This document shows, one piece after another, positions 35,484-44,821 of a stretch of DNA of 64,000 nt (positions within the stretch are counted from its first letter, which is position 1; every line of letters starts with the position of its first letter). This DNA is from Acidobacteriota bacterium (GTDB lineage Bacteria; Acidobacteriota; UBA6911; RPQK01; JAJDTT01). The position numbers and the translations under genes are program-made. The notes under the pieces were generated by a model. The model was not told the origin of the DNA. It made no database searches and saw nothing but the letters and a program-made list of their open reading frames with translations. Location of the stretch: the NCBI GenBank assembly GCA_965217775.1, contig CBDCJH010000002.1, forward strand, positions 5,248,001-5,312,000, given 5' to 3'.

Positions 35484-36719
35484 ATGACCTGGAAGAATTT
35501 CTCCCGTCGGCAATTCGCGAAACGCTTGACCATCCTTGGAGCGCTGCCACTGAGCCTCCGCCCTCTGTCGGCAGCGTCGGAAGTGGCTCCTTCGAAGCCT
35601 CCTGCTCCTCCTGAGGTCAAGTCCTACCCGGGGATCCTCAGGCACAGAGTTGTCTTTTGGGACCCTTACGGTTACTCGGCATGGCCGACCATCTTGAAGT
35701 GCCGGGATGGAGAAATGCTGATTGCGTTCTGTGAAGCCATGCGCCGGACCGCCCGATTGACCCACGCGGATCCCTCTTTCTACGGCATGATCATTCGCTC
35801 CAGCGATCAGGGTGAAAGCTGGTCGGAGCATCCCGAAGTCATCGGCGGCTATGAGTACTACGGAATGGATGATCCGGGTATCACGCAGCTGTCCGACGGA
35901 AGGATCCTGGTCAACGCCTTCCGCCGTTCCTTTGCCCCGGTGGCCTCGGTGGACAGAAGAACAGATGTTCGCTTGGCCCGGGTGGAGCCTTATCAGTGGG
36001 CGACAGGCTACAGCGACGATATGACCTATGTTTTTCACTCGTTGGACAATGCTCGCACCTGGTTGGAGCCGGTCCAGGTGGATGTCTCCCCCTTCAAAGC
36101 AGGATGTCAACTCCGGGCGATCATCGAACTGCCGGATGGAACTCTGCTTCTGCCTTGCTACGAGGAGTTCCATGGGCCATCGACTTCGGAGTCGGCGATG
36201 ACCTGGACGGCCTATGTCCTCCGATCTCGTGATCGGGGGAGGAGTTGGGGTGAACCGTCCGTGATCGGGGAACACGGGGTTCATGGCATAGGCTACAACG
36301 AGCCGGCTCTGATTCACCTGCCCAGCGGTCGGACGATCGCTCTTCTCAGGACCGGGCCGGCCGGATGGCTTTACCAGAGCGATTCGCACGATCTGGGGAA
36401 AACCTGGAGCGCACCGGCCAGGACGCCGATGTGGGGGTATCCGGCCCATCTCCGGCAGCTCCAGGATGGGAGACTTCTGGCCACCTACGGCCACCGGCGA
36501 GAGCCTTTTGGGATCCGGGCCTGTCTGAGCTCAGATGAGGGCAAGAGCTGGAATATTGAGAGCGAGATTGTACTCCGGGATGATCTCAAGAACAGAGATC
36601 TGGGATATCCGACCACCACGCAGTTGGATGACGGCACCCTCCTGACCGCCTACTACGGAAGGGACGAGAACAACGACGTGACGTGCATTCAGATCACATC
36701 TTGGAAAATAGCCTCTTGA
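35484..36719 (+). CDS. Sialidase-family/BNR (Asp-box) protein with Tat signal
   Basis: SRRQF; repeated S-D-G--W Asp boxes; DLGYP. Confidence 0.85.
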   Translation: MTWKNFSRRQFAKRLTILGALPLSLRPLSAASEVAPSKPPAPPEVKSYPGILRHRVVFWDPYGYSAWPTILKCRDGEMLIAFCEAMRRTARLTHADPSFYGMIIRSSDQGESWSEHPEVIGGYEYYGMDDPGITQLSDGRILVNAFRRSFAPVASVDRRTDVRLARVEPYQWATGYSDDMTYVFHSLDNARTWLEPVQVDVSPFKAGCQLRAIIELPDGTLLLPCYEEFHGPSTSESAMTWTAYVLRSRDRGRSWGEPSVIGEHGVHGIGYNEPALIHLPSGRTIALLRTGPAGWLYQSDSHDLGKTWSAPARTPMWGYPAHLRQLQDGRLLATYGHRREPFGIRACLSSDEGKSWNIESEIVLRDDLKNRDLGYPTTTQLDDGTLLTAYYGRDENNDVTCIQITSWKIAS

Positions 36720-36848
36720 CGGCGAAGCTGCATCATTTGCCATCGTGAGGAGTTGGCTGTCTGCGGTTCCCTGGGGGGCGAAGATTGGAGCGAAAGGCAG
36801 TCTAAAGCTTGAACATTGGTGCGAGCAGACAACTGTTTATGGCACACG

Positions 36849-36870
36849 AGAACGTGACTGTCCCCCTTTT
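36849..36870 (-). repeat. GGGACAGTC-family motif
   Basis: AAAAGGGGGACAGTCACGTTCT on the - strand. Confidence 0.6.
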
Positions 36871-36958
36871 CGGTCCCCCGCGCATTCCGGTGCCACTCGG
36901 CGCGCTCTTCCTTCCGGGCGCGGATCTTGATCCAGACGGATCGTTTAGGCGGGCTCAT
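36871..36958 (-). pseudogene. Truncated MobC-like (RHH) N-terminus
   Basis: MSPPKRSVWIKIRARKEERAEW after a GAGGA RBS; similarity ends near the motif at 36849-36870. Confidence 0.4.
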
Positions 36959-37211
36959 CGGCGGGGGTTCCTCCGGGCCGGGGGTTCCAGGGGGGCGGCT
37001 CTTGGCCCTCCTGGCCAGTTTCTGCCGGGGGCACGCCTCAGCGTGGCCCCAAAAGTAGGATGGCTCTCTTGTGCAGCATGGGGGGTGACTCATACTGTAC
37101 CTTCTCCGATAATAACCCACGAACTGTTCGCTTGTGGGGGTCTTCAGATAAGCTGAAGATGAGCCAAGGTGAGTTTCGTGAAATTGGCTGCCTTACCAAG
37201 GAGGAGAACAG

Positions 37212-37907
37212 ATGTTCGATCGCGTAACAGAAGATCTCCGTGAACTCCCTGGTTACACGGTTTCGGAAGTAGCACACTACCTCACCGTCCCGCCCGCGAC
37301 TATCCGGTATTGGTCAGTGGGTCGACGCCCGTACAGGCCACTCATTGAGCTTCCCGAGCGGTCCCTGACACGACCGACACTACTCTCGTTCATTAACCTC
37401 GTGGAGCTTCACGTTCTCGCGGCCATCAGACGCACGCATCGTGTAACCATGCCAAAGGTCCGCCAGGCCATCAGGTACTTGAAAGAGATCGATCCATCCG
37501 TAACGGCGCAACGTCATCCGTTGATCAGTCACGAACTGGAAACAAACGGCTTGGATCTGTTCATCGAGCGCTATGGCCGCCTGGTCAATATCAGTCAGTC
37601 GGGTCAGTTGGCTATGCGAGAAGTCCTCGAAGCCGCCTTGCATCGGATCGTTCGCGACATCCACAGGGTACCCATCAAGCTGTATCCATTTACCCGAACT
37701 GACGTGCACGACGCACCCACCACGATTGTCATTGACCCATGGCTGGCTGCCGGCCGTCCCGTGATCGATGGAACTGGCCTTGCCACCCAAATTATTGCCG
37801 AGCGCTATAAGGCAGGTGAATCAGTAAGCCAGTTGGCAGCAGACTACGAGCGTGCAGAGTCGGAAATCGACGAAGCCATCCGATGTGAGATCCCACTGGC
37901 AGCGTGA
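37212..37907 (+). CDS. DUF433-containing antitoxin (VapB45-like)
   Basis: YTVSEVAHYL HTH, LSFINLVELHVL, IDP..AAGRPVI.GTG....I.ERYKAGES..LA.DY. Confidence 0.85.
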   Translation: MFDRVTEDLRELPGYTVSEVAHYLTVPPATIRYWSVGRRPYRPLIELPERSLTRPTLLSFINLVELHVLAAIRRTHRVTMPKVRQAIRYLKEIDPSVTAQRHPLISHELETNGLDLFIERYGRLVNISQSGQLAMREVLEAALHRIVRDIHRVPIKLYPFTRTDVHDAPTTIVIDPWLAAGRPVIDGTGLATQIIAERYKAGESVSQLAADYERAESEIDEAIRCEIPLAA

Positions 37908-38295
37908 GGAGCCCACCCTCTTTCTAGACCGCAGTCTGGGAAAACACATCATTGCAGACAGACTTCGTCGAGAGGGGATCAAAGTCGAGGTGCATGACGA
38001 CTACCTTCCAAATACTGCACCAGATGAAGAATGGATCGCCCTTGTTGGAGAGAGGTGCTGGGTTGCGCTCACGAAAGACAAACGCATCCGTTACCGGACC
38101 GCTGAGATCAGATCTGTTGTGGCGAATGCAGCTCGGCTCATCGTGATTCAGATAAATAATGCAAAAGGATCGGATATTGCCGAGGTATTGGTGAAAAGCC
38201 GCCGCCGTATTGCCCGCTTCACGGCAAAGAGGGATGCTCCGTTCGTGGCTGCGATTTATCGGGACGGTAGGATGCGAGAATATTCCATCACATGA
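37885..38295 (+). CDS. PIN-like toxin (VapC45-like)
   Basis: LFLDRSLG, PDEEWI, LTKDKRIRY; overlaps the antitoxin end. Confidence 0.8.
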   Translation: MRSHWQREEPTLFLDRSLGKHIIADRLRREGIKVEVHDDYLPNTAPDEEWIALVGERCWVALTKDKRIRYRTAEIRSVVANAARLIVIQINNAKGSDIAEVLVKSRRRIARFTAKRDAPFVAAIYRDGRMREYSIT

Positions 38296-38337
38296 CGAGG
38301 TGAGTCCTGGGCGCGTGCCGCCGAGAGTGAGGCTTGA

Positions 38338-38424
38338 GCCCGGGTGGCGAAAACAGGTAGACGCGCAGGACTTAAAATCCTACGAAGGTAACTCTCCTTG
38401 TGGGGTCGACTCCCACTCCGGGCA
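38338..38424 (+). tRNA. tRNA-Leu(TAA), degenerate or possible pseudogene
   Basis: GCCCGGG/TCCGGGC acceptor, GGTAGACGC D-arm, CTTAAAA loop. But C-A mismatch in the anticodon stem, GTCGA T-loop and no CCA. Confidence 0.7.
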
Positions 38425-38538
38425 CTCTTGAAGGCTGGCCCCCCGCAGGCTGATAGGGGTGTTGAGGGTCTGTTCTCCCCCCTTGTGGGAAATCTCTTGG
38501 CTGCTCAGGCCGGGCTGCGCTGTGGTGGGTGGAAGTAG

Positions 38539-39156
38539 GTGGAACAGAGGGGGGAGATGTACGGGACGGGTCCGACTTACGAGGAGTACAAGAGAGACCT
38601 CGAAGTGGCCCGGAACGGGCACGAGCAAGCGGCCCGTGAGCGGATTATTGTCACTTTGGGACTTCTTCTTGAATGCTCGACCGTGCGGGCGCAGAAGAAA
38701 GTCCAGCACCGAATCCAGACCTTTTCCGTACAGGAACTCTTTCGCGATCAGGACGATGCTGGCTGTTTGAACCAGTCTTCGGTCAACCGGCGCCGATCGG
38801 AGATCCAAGACGATCCCAATTCAGGGATCACGACAATCGGTACCCTGCCGGCGTGGGTCTTCCCCTCCTTTGCCGCGGCCGCGCTGGAGCCCAGCTTCGG
38901 GGAGCATTTCGATATCATCGGCGTTAAAGTGCCCGAGGCCCGGCTCCAGTGCATTCCGGCCCTCGACAGTGAGGAGTACCGTCGGCTGATCGAGGTGCGC
39001 AACCAGATGTGGGAAACCATCATCCGGGGCCAACGCGTCCAACCCAGTGACATCCGCACCCGGATGCAGACCGAAATCGAGTCGAGAAACGGTCTCGTAG
39101 CCGACTATTACGACCAACTCGCAGAGCAGTTGGATTCCAGACGCATTAACACCTAA
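38539..39156 (+). CDS. Hypothetical protein
   Basis: 205-aa ORF with natural composition filling the gap; no motif recognised. Confidence 0.55.
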   Translation: MEQRGEMYGTGPTYEEYKRDLEVARNGHEQAARERIIVTLGLLLECSTVRAQKKVQHRIQTFSVQELFRDQDDAGCLNQSSVNRRRSEIQDDPNSGITTIGTLPAWVFPSFAAAALEPSFGEHFDIIGVKVPEARLQCIPALDSEEYRRLIEVRNQMWETIIRGQRVQPSDIRTRMQTEIESRNGLVADYYDQLAEQLDSRRINT

Positions 39157-39161
39157 CCCAG

Positions 39162-39827
39162 TCATGGGATGCGGCCGCAGACCAGCAAGTGCCGGTCGCT
39201 CACGGTCCGCACTTCCAGATGTGCCAAGTCCGCTTCCCGAAGCTGATCCGAAACTTCGTCGGGGCGATAGGCTGCCAATAGCGAATGATAGAAGTCCCGC
39301 TGGAGGATCTCCGGCTCGTCGCCGCAGTAGGTCCGGACCAGCTCTTGCGCGCGGCGGCGGTCGTCGGGCCGGAAAAGGTCCATGATGAAGACACCGCTAC
39401 CGGGACGGGACCAGCGGTGGACTTCCCGCCACAGGATCAGCGGGTCGGGCAGATGGTGGAGCAGGCTGTTGCTTACGATGGTGTCGTAGGAGGATCGGGG
39501 GAGGGTGACTCCCGGCAGATATCCCGGATGGAGTTGTACCCGGTCCTCCAGGCCGGCCTCCTGGATGGCTTGCCGGCCGTAGTCGAGCATGGCTTGGGAG
39601 GCGTCGACGCCGTGTACCCGGCATTCCGGGAAGGCTCTGGCGACCCGGAGGCTGATGTCAGCGGCGCCGCAGCCCAGGTCGACCACACAGGGTCCGACTT
39701 CCCGGACCTGGAACGTGTCCTGCATGAGACTCAGAAAACGGCTGTGCGGTTCTTCGAAGTCCGCGTAGGCGTAGGCCCGGGCCTGTTCCTGCCCCTCCAT
39801 CAGCTCCGGCTCGGGCTCTCGCTTCAT
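39162..39827 (-). CDS. Class I SAM-dependent methyltransferase
   Basis: REPEPELM, VDLGCGAAD, GVDASQAML, SNSLLHHL. Confidence 0.88.
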   Translation of the reverse strand: MKREPEPELMEGQEQARAYAYADFEEPHSRFLSLMQDTFQVREVGPCVVDLGCGAADISLRVARAFPECRVHGVDASQAMLDYGRQAIQEAGLEDRVQLHPGYLPGVTLPRSSYDTIVSNSLLHHLPDPLILWREVHRWSRPGSGVFIMDLFRPDDRRRAQELVRTYCGDEPEILQRDFYHSLLAAYRPDEVSDQLREADLAHLEVRTVSDRHLLVCGRIP

Positions 39828-40333
39828 GATCGTCGAATGCCCCTGCTTCGGATTCGGTCCAGGGTCAGAAAGGTATAGCGGTTGGGGTCCGTCTCCTCCG
39901 GTTCATGGACATCCCTCCAGCGGACCTCCCAGAGCGACTCGTCATAGCGAGGGAAGTAGGTGTCGCCTTCGAAATCGTGCGGAAGCAGGGTCAGGTACAT
40001 GCGGTCTGCCCGGTCCAGGGTCTGGCGGTAGACACCGGCGCCGCCTCCGACGAAGACCTCGTCGTCACCTCGGGCCAGGAGAAGGGCGTCTTCCAGGGAG
40101 GCCGCCACGCGAACTCCAGGGGGAGCATAGGAACGCTGTCCGGTGAGAACGATGGAGATCCGGCCCGGCAACGGCCTGCCGATGGACTCGAAGGTCTTTC
40201 TCCCCATGATCAAGTGGTGGCCCATCGTGAGTCGCTTGAACCGCCGCCAATCGGCCGGAAGCCGCCAGGGCAACCGATTGTCGCGGCCGATCACACGGTT
40301 TCGGGCCAAGGCGGCGATGATGGACAGCCTCAT
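39824..40333 (-). CDS. folA: Dihydrofolate reductase
   Basis: [36 protein letters not shown]. Confidence 0.95.
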   Translation of the reverse strand: MRLSIIAALARNRVIGRDNRLPWRLPADWRRFKRLTMGHHLIMGRKTFESIGRPLPGRISIVLTGQRSYAPPGVRVAASLEDALLLARGDDEVFVGGGAGVYRQTLDRADRMYLTLLPHDFEGDTYFPRYDESLWEVRWRDVHEPEETDPNRYTFLTLDRIRSRGIRRS

Positions 40334-41124
40334 ACCGATATGGGAGCCCTGATGTGGGGGTGAGGATCGTAGGCCTCCAGCACGAAGTCTTCGTATCGGA
40401 AGTCGAAAATCGAAGTGATCCGGGGGTTCAGGAGGATGCGGGGCAGTGGCCGGGGCCGCCGGGAGAGCTGCAAGCGGGCCTGCTCCAGGTGATTCAGATA
40501 GAGGTGGGCATCCCCGAAGGTATGAACGAATTCACCCGGCTCCAGTTCGCAGACCTGACCCATCATCCGGGTCAGGAGGGCATAGCTGGCCAGGTTGAAA
40601 GGGACGCCCAGAAAGACGTCGGCGCTCCGCTGGTAGAGCTGGCAGGAGAGCCGTCCCTCGGCCACGTAGAACTGAAACAGCGCGTGGCAGGGCGGAAGCT
40701 TCATCCGGTCCACGTCGGCGACGTTCCACGCGCTCACGATATGGCGGCGCGAATCGGGATTCGTGCGGATGGCCTCGATGACGCCGGAGATCTGGTCGAT
40801 ATGGCGGCCGCCTGGAGTCGGCCAGGAGCGCCACTGGTAGCCGTAGATGGGACCCAGATCCCCGTCCCGGTCGGCCCACTCGTCCCAGATGGTCACCCCG
40901 TTTTCGTTCAGGTAGGCGATGTTGGTGTCTCCCGCCAGAAACCAGAGGAGCTCATGGATCACCGACCGGAGATGCAGCTTCTTGGTGGTGAGCAGCGGGA
41001 AGCCGTCGGCCAGATCGACGCGCATCTGATACCCGAAGACGCTCCGGGTTCCGGTCCCGGTGCGGTCGCTCTTCTCGACGCCGTCTTCGAAAATGTGCCG
41101 GAGCAGATCCAGATAAGCTTGCAT
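40330..41124 (-). CDS. thyA: Thymidylate synthase
   Basis: [33 protein letters not shown]. Confidence 0.97.
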   Translation of the reverse strand: MQAYLDLLRHIFEDGVEKSDRTGTGTRSVFGYQMRVDLADGFPLLTTKKLHLRSVIHELLWFLAGDTNIAYLNENGVTIWDEWADRDGDLGPIYGYQWRSWPTPGGRHIDQISGVIEAIRTNPDSRRHIVSAWNVADVDRMKLPPCHALFQFYVAEGRLSCQLYQRSADVFLGVPFNLASYALLTRMMGQVCELEPGEFVHTFGDAHLYLNHLEQARLQLSRRPRPLPRILLNPRITSIFDFRYEDFVLEAYDPHPHIRAPISV

Positions 41125-41333
41125 GAGCCTGATGGTTCCTGGGCGATTCCATCGCATTGTATTAAACCGGAGCGACGGTGCGCACGCGGCTGACAGCCCA
41201 GAAGCACCATTCCTGGAGTCCCACTCCTCCTCTTTGTTGCCTGGCTAATGGCGCCGCATATAGAATCGGTCCGCTTGCTGGTTGAGCCGCCAAGGTATCC
41301 GGGGCTCCAGACTGGCAGCGAAGGAACGCGGCC

Positions 41334-42266
41334 ATGCAACTCCATCCCTTTGGCAACACGGGTCTTATGGTCTCCCCGCTTGGTTTCGGAGGAGCTCCGG
41401 TCGGTTTCCTGGGAGAGGAACTCAAGGACGTTTCCCGCCTCCTCAACACGCTGCTGGACGAAGGGTTGAACCTGATCGATACGGCGGCCTGCTACCCTGG
41501 ATCGGAGAGGCTCATCGGCGCGGCGGTGAGTCATCGGCGCGGCGAATATGTCCTGGTTACGAAGTGCGGCCACGAAGTGGAGGGGGCCGCCGGACGTGAG
41601 TGGTCTCCCCGGCTCGTGACCAACACCGTGGACCGGGCTCTGAGGCGCCTCCGCACGGATTGCCTCGACGTGATTCTGCTTCACTCCTGCCCTCTTTCGG
41701 TGCTGCAAAAAGGAGACGCGCTGGCTGCCCTGGTGCGGGCCCGGGACCAGGGAAAGATCCGCTTCGTGGGCTATTCGGGGGACAACGAAGCCGCCGCCTA
41801 CGCCGCCGGTCTGACGGATGTGGCGGTGGTCCAGACCTCCGTAAGCATCTGTGACCAGTCCAATATCGATTCGGTGCTTCCCCGCACGCGGGAAGGGGGA
41901 CAGGGCGTGTTGGCGAAACGGCCGCTGGCCAACGCCGCGTGGAAGGACCTGTCGGCCCAGCGGGGCATTTACCGGAATTACGCCAGATCCTATATGGCAC
42001 GCTTGCAGTCCATGGGTTTCACGCCGGCCGATCTGGGATTCGAGGGCGATCCGGCTCGGGTATGGCCCGGCATCGCGTTGCGCTTCACCCTCTCTCAACC
42101 GGGAGTTCATTGCGCCATCGCAGGCACCACCAGCATTCACAACGCCAGGGCCAATCTCCGGGCCGCCGGTCAGGGTCCGCTGGCCGATCCGATCGTCCGA
42201 AAAATTCGCCGGGCCTTTCGCTCCGCACAGTCTGCGTCGGGCGAGGACTGGCGCGGTTTGACCTGA
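41334..42266 (+). CDS. Aldo/keto reductase
   Basis: VSPLGFG, IDTAACY..SE, TKCG, LRRLRTDCLD, GKIRFVG. Confidence 0.88.
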   Translation: MQLHPFGNTGLMVSPLGFGGAPVGFLGEELKDVSRLLNTLLDEGLNLIDTAACYPGSERLIGAAVSHRRGEYVLVTKCGHEVEGAAGREWSPRLVTNTVDRALRRLRTDCLDVILLHSCPLSVLQKGDALAALVRARDQGKIRFVGYSGDNEAAAYAAGLTDVAVVQTSVSICDQSNIDSVLPRTREGGQGVLAKRPLANAAWKDLSAQRGIYRNYARSYMARLQSMGFTPADLGFEGDPARVWPGIALRFTLSQPGVHCAIAGTTSIHNARANLRAAGQGPLADPIVRKIRRAFRSAQSASGEDWRGLT

Positions 42267-42271
42267 ATCTC

Positions 42272-42850
42272 ATGACCTTCCACCCTGCCGACTACGGACC
42301 GATTCTGGCCACGTTGCTGGACCCGGGACGTCTTCCGGAGTTGGGACCTGGCCGGCCCGACCCGAAGGTCCGGGGTTTGGTGGATGCGGTGACGCCGGAC
42401 AAGGCCTTTGCCCATACGAGTCTCGTGGACCGGGAAATGGCCCGTGCCTGTCTGGCCGGTCTCTGGCTCCACCATGACCATCTGGACCGCTCTCACGCAG
42501 TCAGCCAGACGATTCACTCGGCTACCGGAAGCTACTGGCACGGGATCATGCATCGGCGGGAGGGAGACTACCCCAACGCCAAGTACTGGTTTCGCCGGAC
42601 CGGGGAGCATCCGGTCTTTCCGGACTTGGCTCGGAGCGCTGCACCTCTGACGGCCGGTTCCGGAGCCGGTGCCGAACGGTTGACTTCCGGAGAGCGCTGG
42701 GACCCGTACGCCTTCGTCGATCTGTGCCAGGACTGTGTCTCAGGCCGCTCGGACCGTGAGGCACTCTGCCGGCAGATCCAGCGTCTGGAATGGGAACTTC
42801 TCTTCGGCTTCTGTTATCGGCGCGCCACGGGTATCGGCAACGCGCCCTGA
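42272..42850 (+). CDS. Conserved hypothetical protein
   Basis: GLWL..D.LDRSH..SQ...GSYWHGIMHRREGDY.NAKYWF motif. Confidence 0.7.
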   Translation: MTFHPADYGPILATLLDPGRLPELGPGRPDPKVRGLVDAVTPDKAFAHTSLVDREMARACLAGLWLHHDHLDRSHAVSQTIHSATGSYWHGIMHRREGDYPNAKYWFRRTGEHPVFPDLARSAAPLTAGSGAGAERLTSGERWDPYAFVDLCQDCVSGRSDREALCRQIQRLEWELLFGFCYRRATGIGNAP

Positions 42851-42881
42851 GTCGCGAGAAGTAGGAAGCAAGGACCGAAAG

Positions 42882-43712
42882 ATGCCGAGACTGCAGGATC
42901 AGGTGGCCATCGTGACCGGAGGAGCCCAGGGTCTGGGAGGCGCCATTGCCCGGGGCATCGCCGCCGAGGGAGCCTCGGTTCTGATTGCCGACATCGATCT
43001 GGAAGGGTCCCGCAGGAACGTCCGGAGGATTCAGGCGGCCGGCAATACTGCGCTGGCGCTGCGGACCGACGTCAGCCGGAGAGAAGACCTGCAGGCGGCC
43101 GTGGAGCGGGCGGTTCGAGAATGGGGAAGGCTGGACATCCTGGTGAACAACGCCTTCGACGTTTCCACCGCCGGGACCGGAGGAGCCGTTCAGGTTTCGG
43201 AAGAGGACTGGGACGCCGGCATGAACGTCATGGTCAAGGCCATCTACCGGGCGGTCAAGCATGCGGTGCCCGAGATGATCAAGAGCGGCGCCGGGAGCAT
43301 CGTCAACATCTCTTCGGTCCACGGCTTGCTGACGGCTCCCGGTTTTCTCGTGTACGAGACCGCCAAAGCCGCGGTTATCGGCATGACTCGTCAGATGGCC
43401 TGCGAGTACGGCCCCGACGGGATTCGCGTCAACTCGATTCTGCCCGGTCACATGGTGACGGAGCGCCTCCAGCCCATGTGGGACGAAAATCCATCCGGAC
43501 ACGCCTACTTCCGGAATCAGTACCCCCTCCGGCGCTTGGGTACCACCGAGGATATCGCGCAAGGTGCGGTCTTCCTGTGTTCGGAGGAAGCGTCCTTCAT
43601 CACCGGCCACGCTCTGGTCATCGACGGTGGACTCTCAATTCAGCTTCAGGAGAACTTCGGGGTTCGCCAGGGACGGTACATGGTGGAGCACCCCGAAACT
43701 CGAATTCCTTAG
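42882..43712 (+). CDS. Short-chain dehydrogenase/reductase
   Basis: TGGAQGLG, LDILVNNA, YETAK, IRVNSILPG. Confidence 0.9.
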   Translation: MPRLQDQVAIVTGGAQGLGGAIARGIAAEGASVLIADIDLEGSRRNVRRIQAAGNTALALRTDVSRREDLQAAVERAVREWGRLDILVNNAFDVSTAGTGGAVQVSEEDWDAGMNVMVKAIYRAVKHAVPEMIKSGAGSIVNISSVHGLLTAPGFLVYETAKAAVIGMTRQMACEYGPDGIRVNSILPGHMVTERLQPMWDENPSGHAYFRNQYPLRRLGTTEDIAQGAVFLCSEEASFITGHALVIDGGLSIQLQENFGVRQGRYMVEHPETRIP

Positions 43713-43793
43713 TTCGTGTTTCCGAAGTCCGGGATGGGTCCGGCGTTGCACGACCACAGGTCTGTTGCCACAGGTGGAGTGTAGGATTCCGTC

Positions 43794-44726
43794 ATGCGCC
43801 TGTGGCTGATGGCTTGTCTCCTGGCCTTTACGGCTTCTTCGGTCCGGGGCCAGGACAGAATCCGCGTCGGCGCCTGGAACATCGAGACCCTGGGATCGCC
43901 CGAAAGCCGGGACTATCTGCGGAAGTCTCCCTCCAACGGTTACGGCGTGGCTCGAAAGCCGCCGGAACTGGCGGATCTGATCGAAGCTCTGCGACTCGAC
44001 GTGCTCGCCCTTTCCGAGATCGACGACACCAAAGCCGGGGACGGCACGGCGACGAACCGGGTACTGGACGAGGCCTTCGCGATTCTGAATCGCCGTTCCG
44101 GCAACGACTGGACGTATGGGTTGTTCCCCAAACGGATCCGCCGGCATAGCTCCCAACACACGGGTCTGGCCTGGAACCGTCGGCGCATTCGAGCCGTGGG
44201 CAGGCGTTTCCGGGTGCCTGTCACCGACGTCACCTCACGCCGGTTCTTCGAGTGGGACCGGCATCCCCACGCCATGAAGTTCACTCGGGGAAGAGGCCGC
44301 ACTGATTTCGTGGTGATTCCCATCCACATGAAGGCGGGACGAAATGAGGCGGCCGTGAAGCAGAGGCGGAGTGAAGCGGAGGCGCTGGTCCGGGAGTTAT
44401 CGGAGATCCAAGATCATTTTCAGGACCAGGACATCATTCTCATCGGCGATTTCAATATGCTTCGGCGCAGCGAACCGGCCGGCCGCGTTTACCGGAGGAA
44501 GGGAGGTCTGTTCGATCTGAACTATTCCGATCGATCCACCCATATCGCCGATCTTCCCTTCGACCGGTGCTACATCCCAAGGGCCCAGCGGGAGAACGAG
44601 TTCGCCGGCGTCACCCAGGTTCGGATCGACGCGCCGCCGCCGCCGGCCCAAAGACGCTTCCGCCGCCAGTTCTCCGATCATTGGCCCATCGTCCTCGAGT
44701 TCGCGGAGCAGGCCGACGACGATTGA
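43794..44726 (+). CDS. Secreted endonuclease/exonuclease/phosphatase family protein
   Basis: WNIE, LALSEI, HMK, GDFN, SDHWP. Confidence 0.85.
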   Translation: MRLWLMACLLAFTASSVRGQDRIRVGAWNIETLGSPESRDYLRKSPSNGYGVARKPPELADLIEALRLDVLALSEIDDTKAGDGTATNRVLDEAFAILNRRSGNDWTYGLFPKRIRRHSSQHTGLAWNRRRIRAVGRRFRVPVTDVTSRRFFEWDRHPHAMKFTRGRGRTDFVVIPIHMKAGRNEAAVKQRRSEAEALVRELSEIQDHFQDQDIILIGDFNMLRRSEPAGRVYRRKGGLFDLNYSDRSTHIADLPFDRCYIPRAQRENEFAGVTQVRIDAPPPPAQRRFRRQFSDHWPIVLEFAEQADDD

Positions 44727-44767
44727 CCGCGCGGCAACAAGCCGCATGGGTCGCTCCGGTTTGGACG

Positions 44768-44818
44768 GAAGAGGGCGCCCACAAGGGGGAAGAGGGCACC
44801 CACAAGGGGCGTCCCTAC
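44768..44818 (-). repeat. GTAG-type REP with 21-bp tandem duplication
   Basis: GTAGGGACGCCCCTTGTGGGTGCCC on - (44794-44818); gaagagggcRcccacaagggg x2. Confidence 0.7.
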
Positions 44819-44821
44819 GCC

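Noticed and set aside
35241-36494. Upstream extension making a 1207-aa LamG ORF
   Set aside because: Antisense shadow of the sialidase-family gene; the signal peptide begins at 35240.
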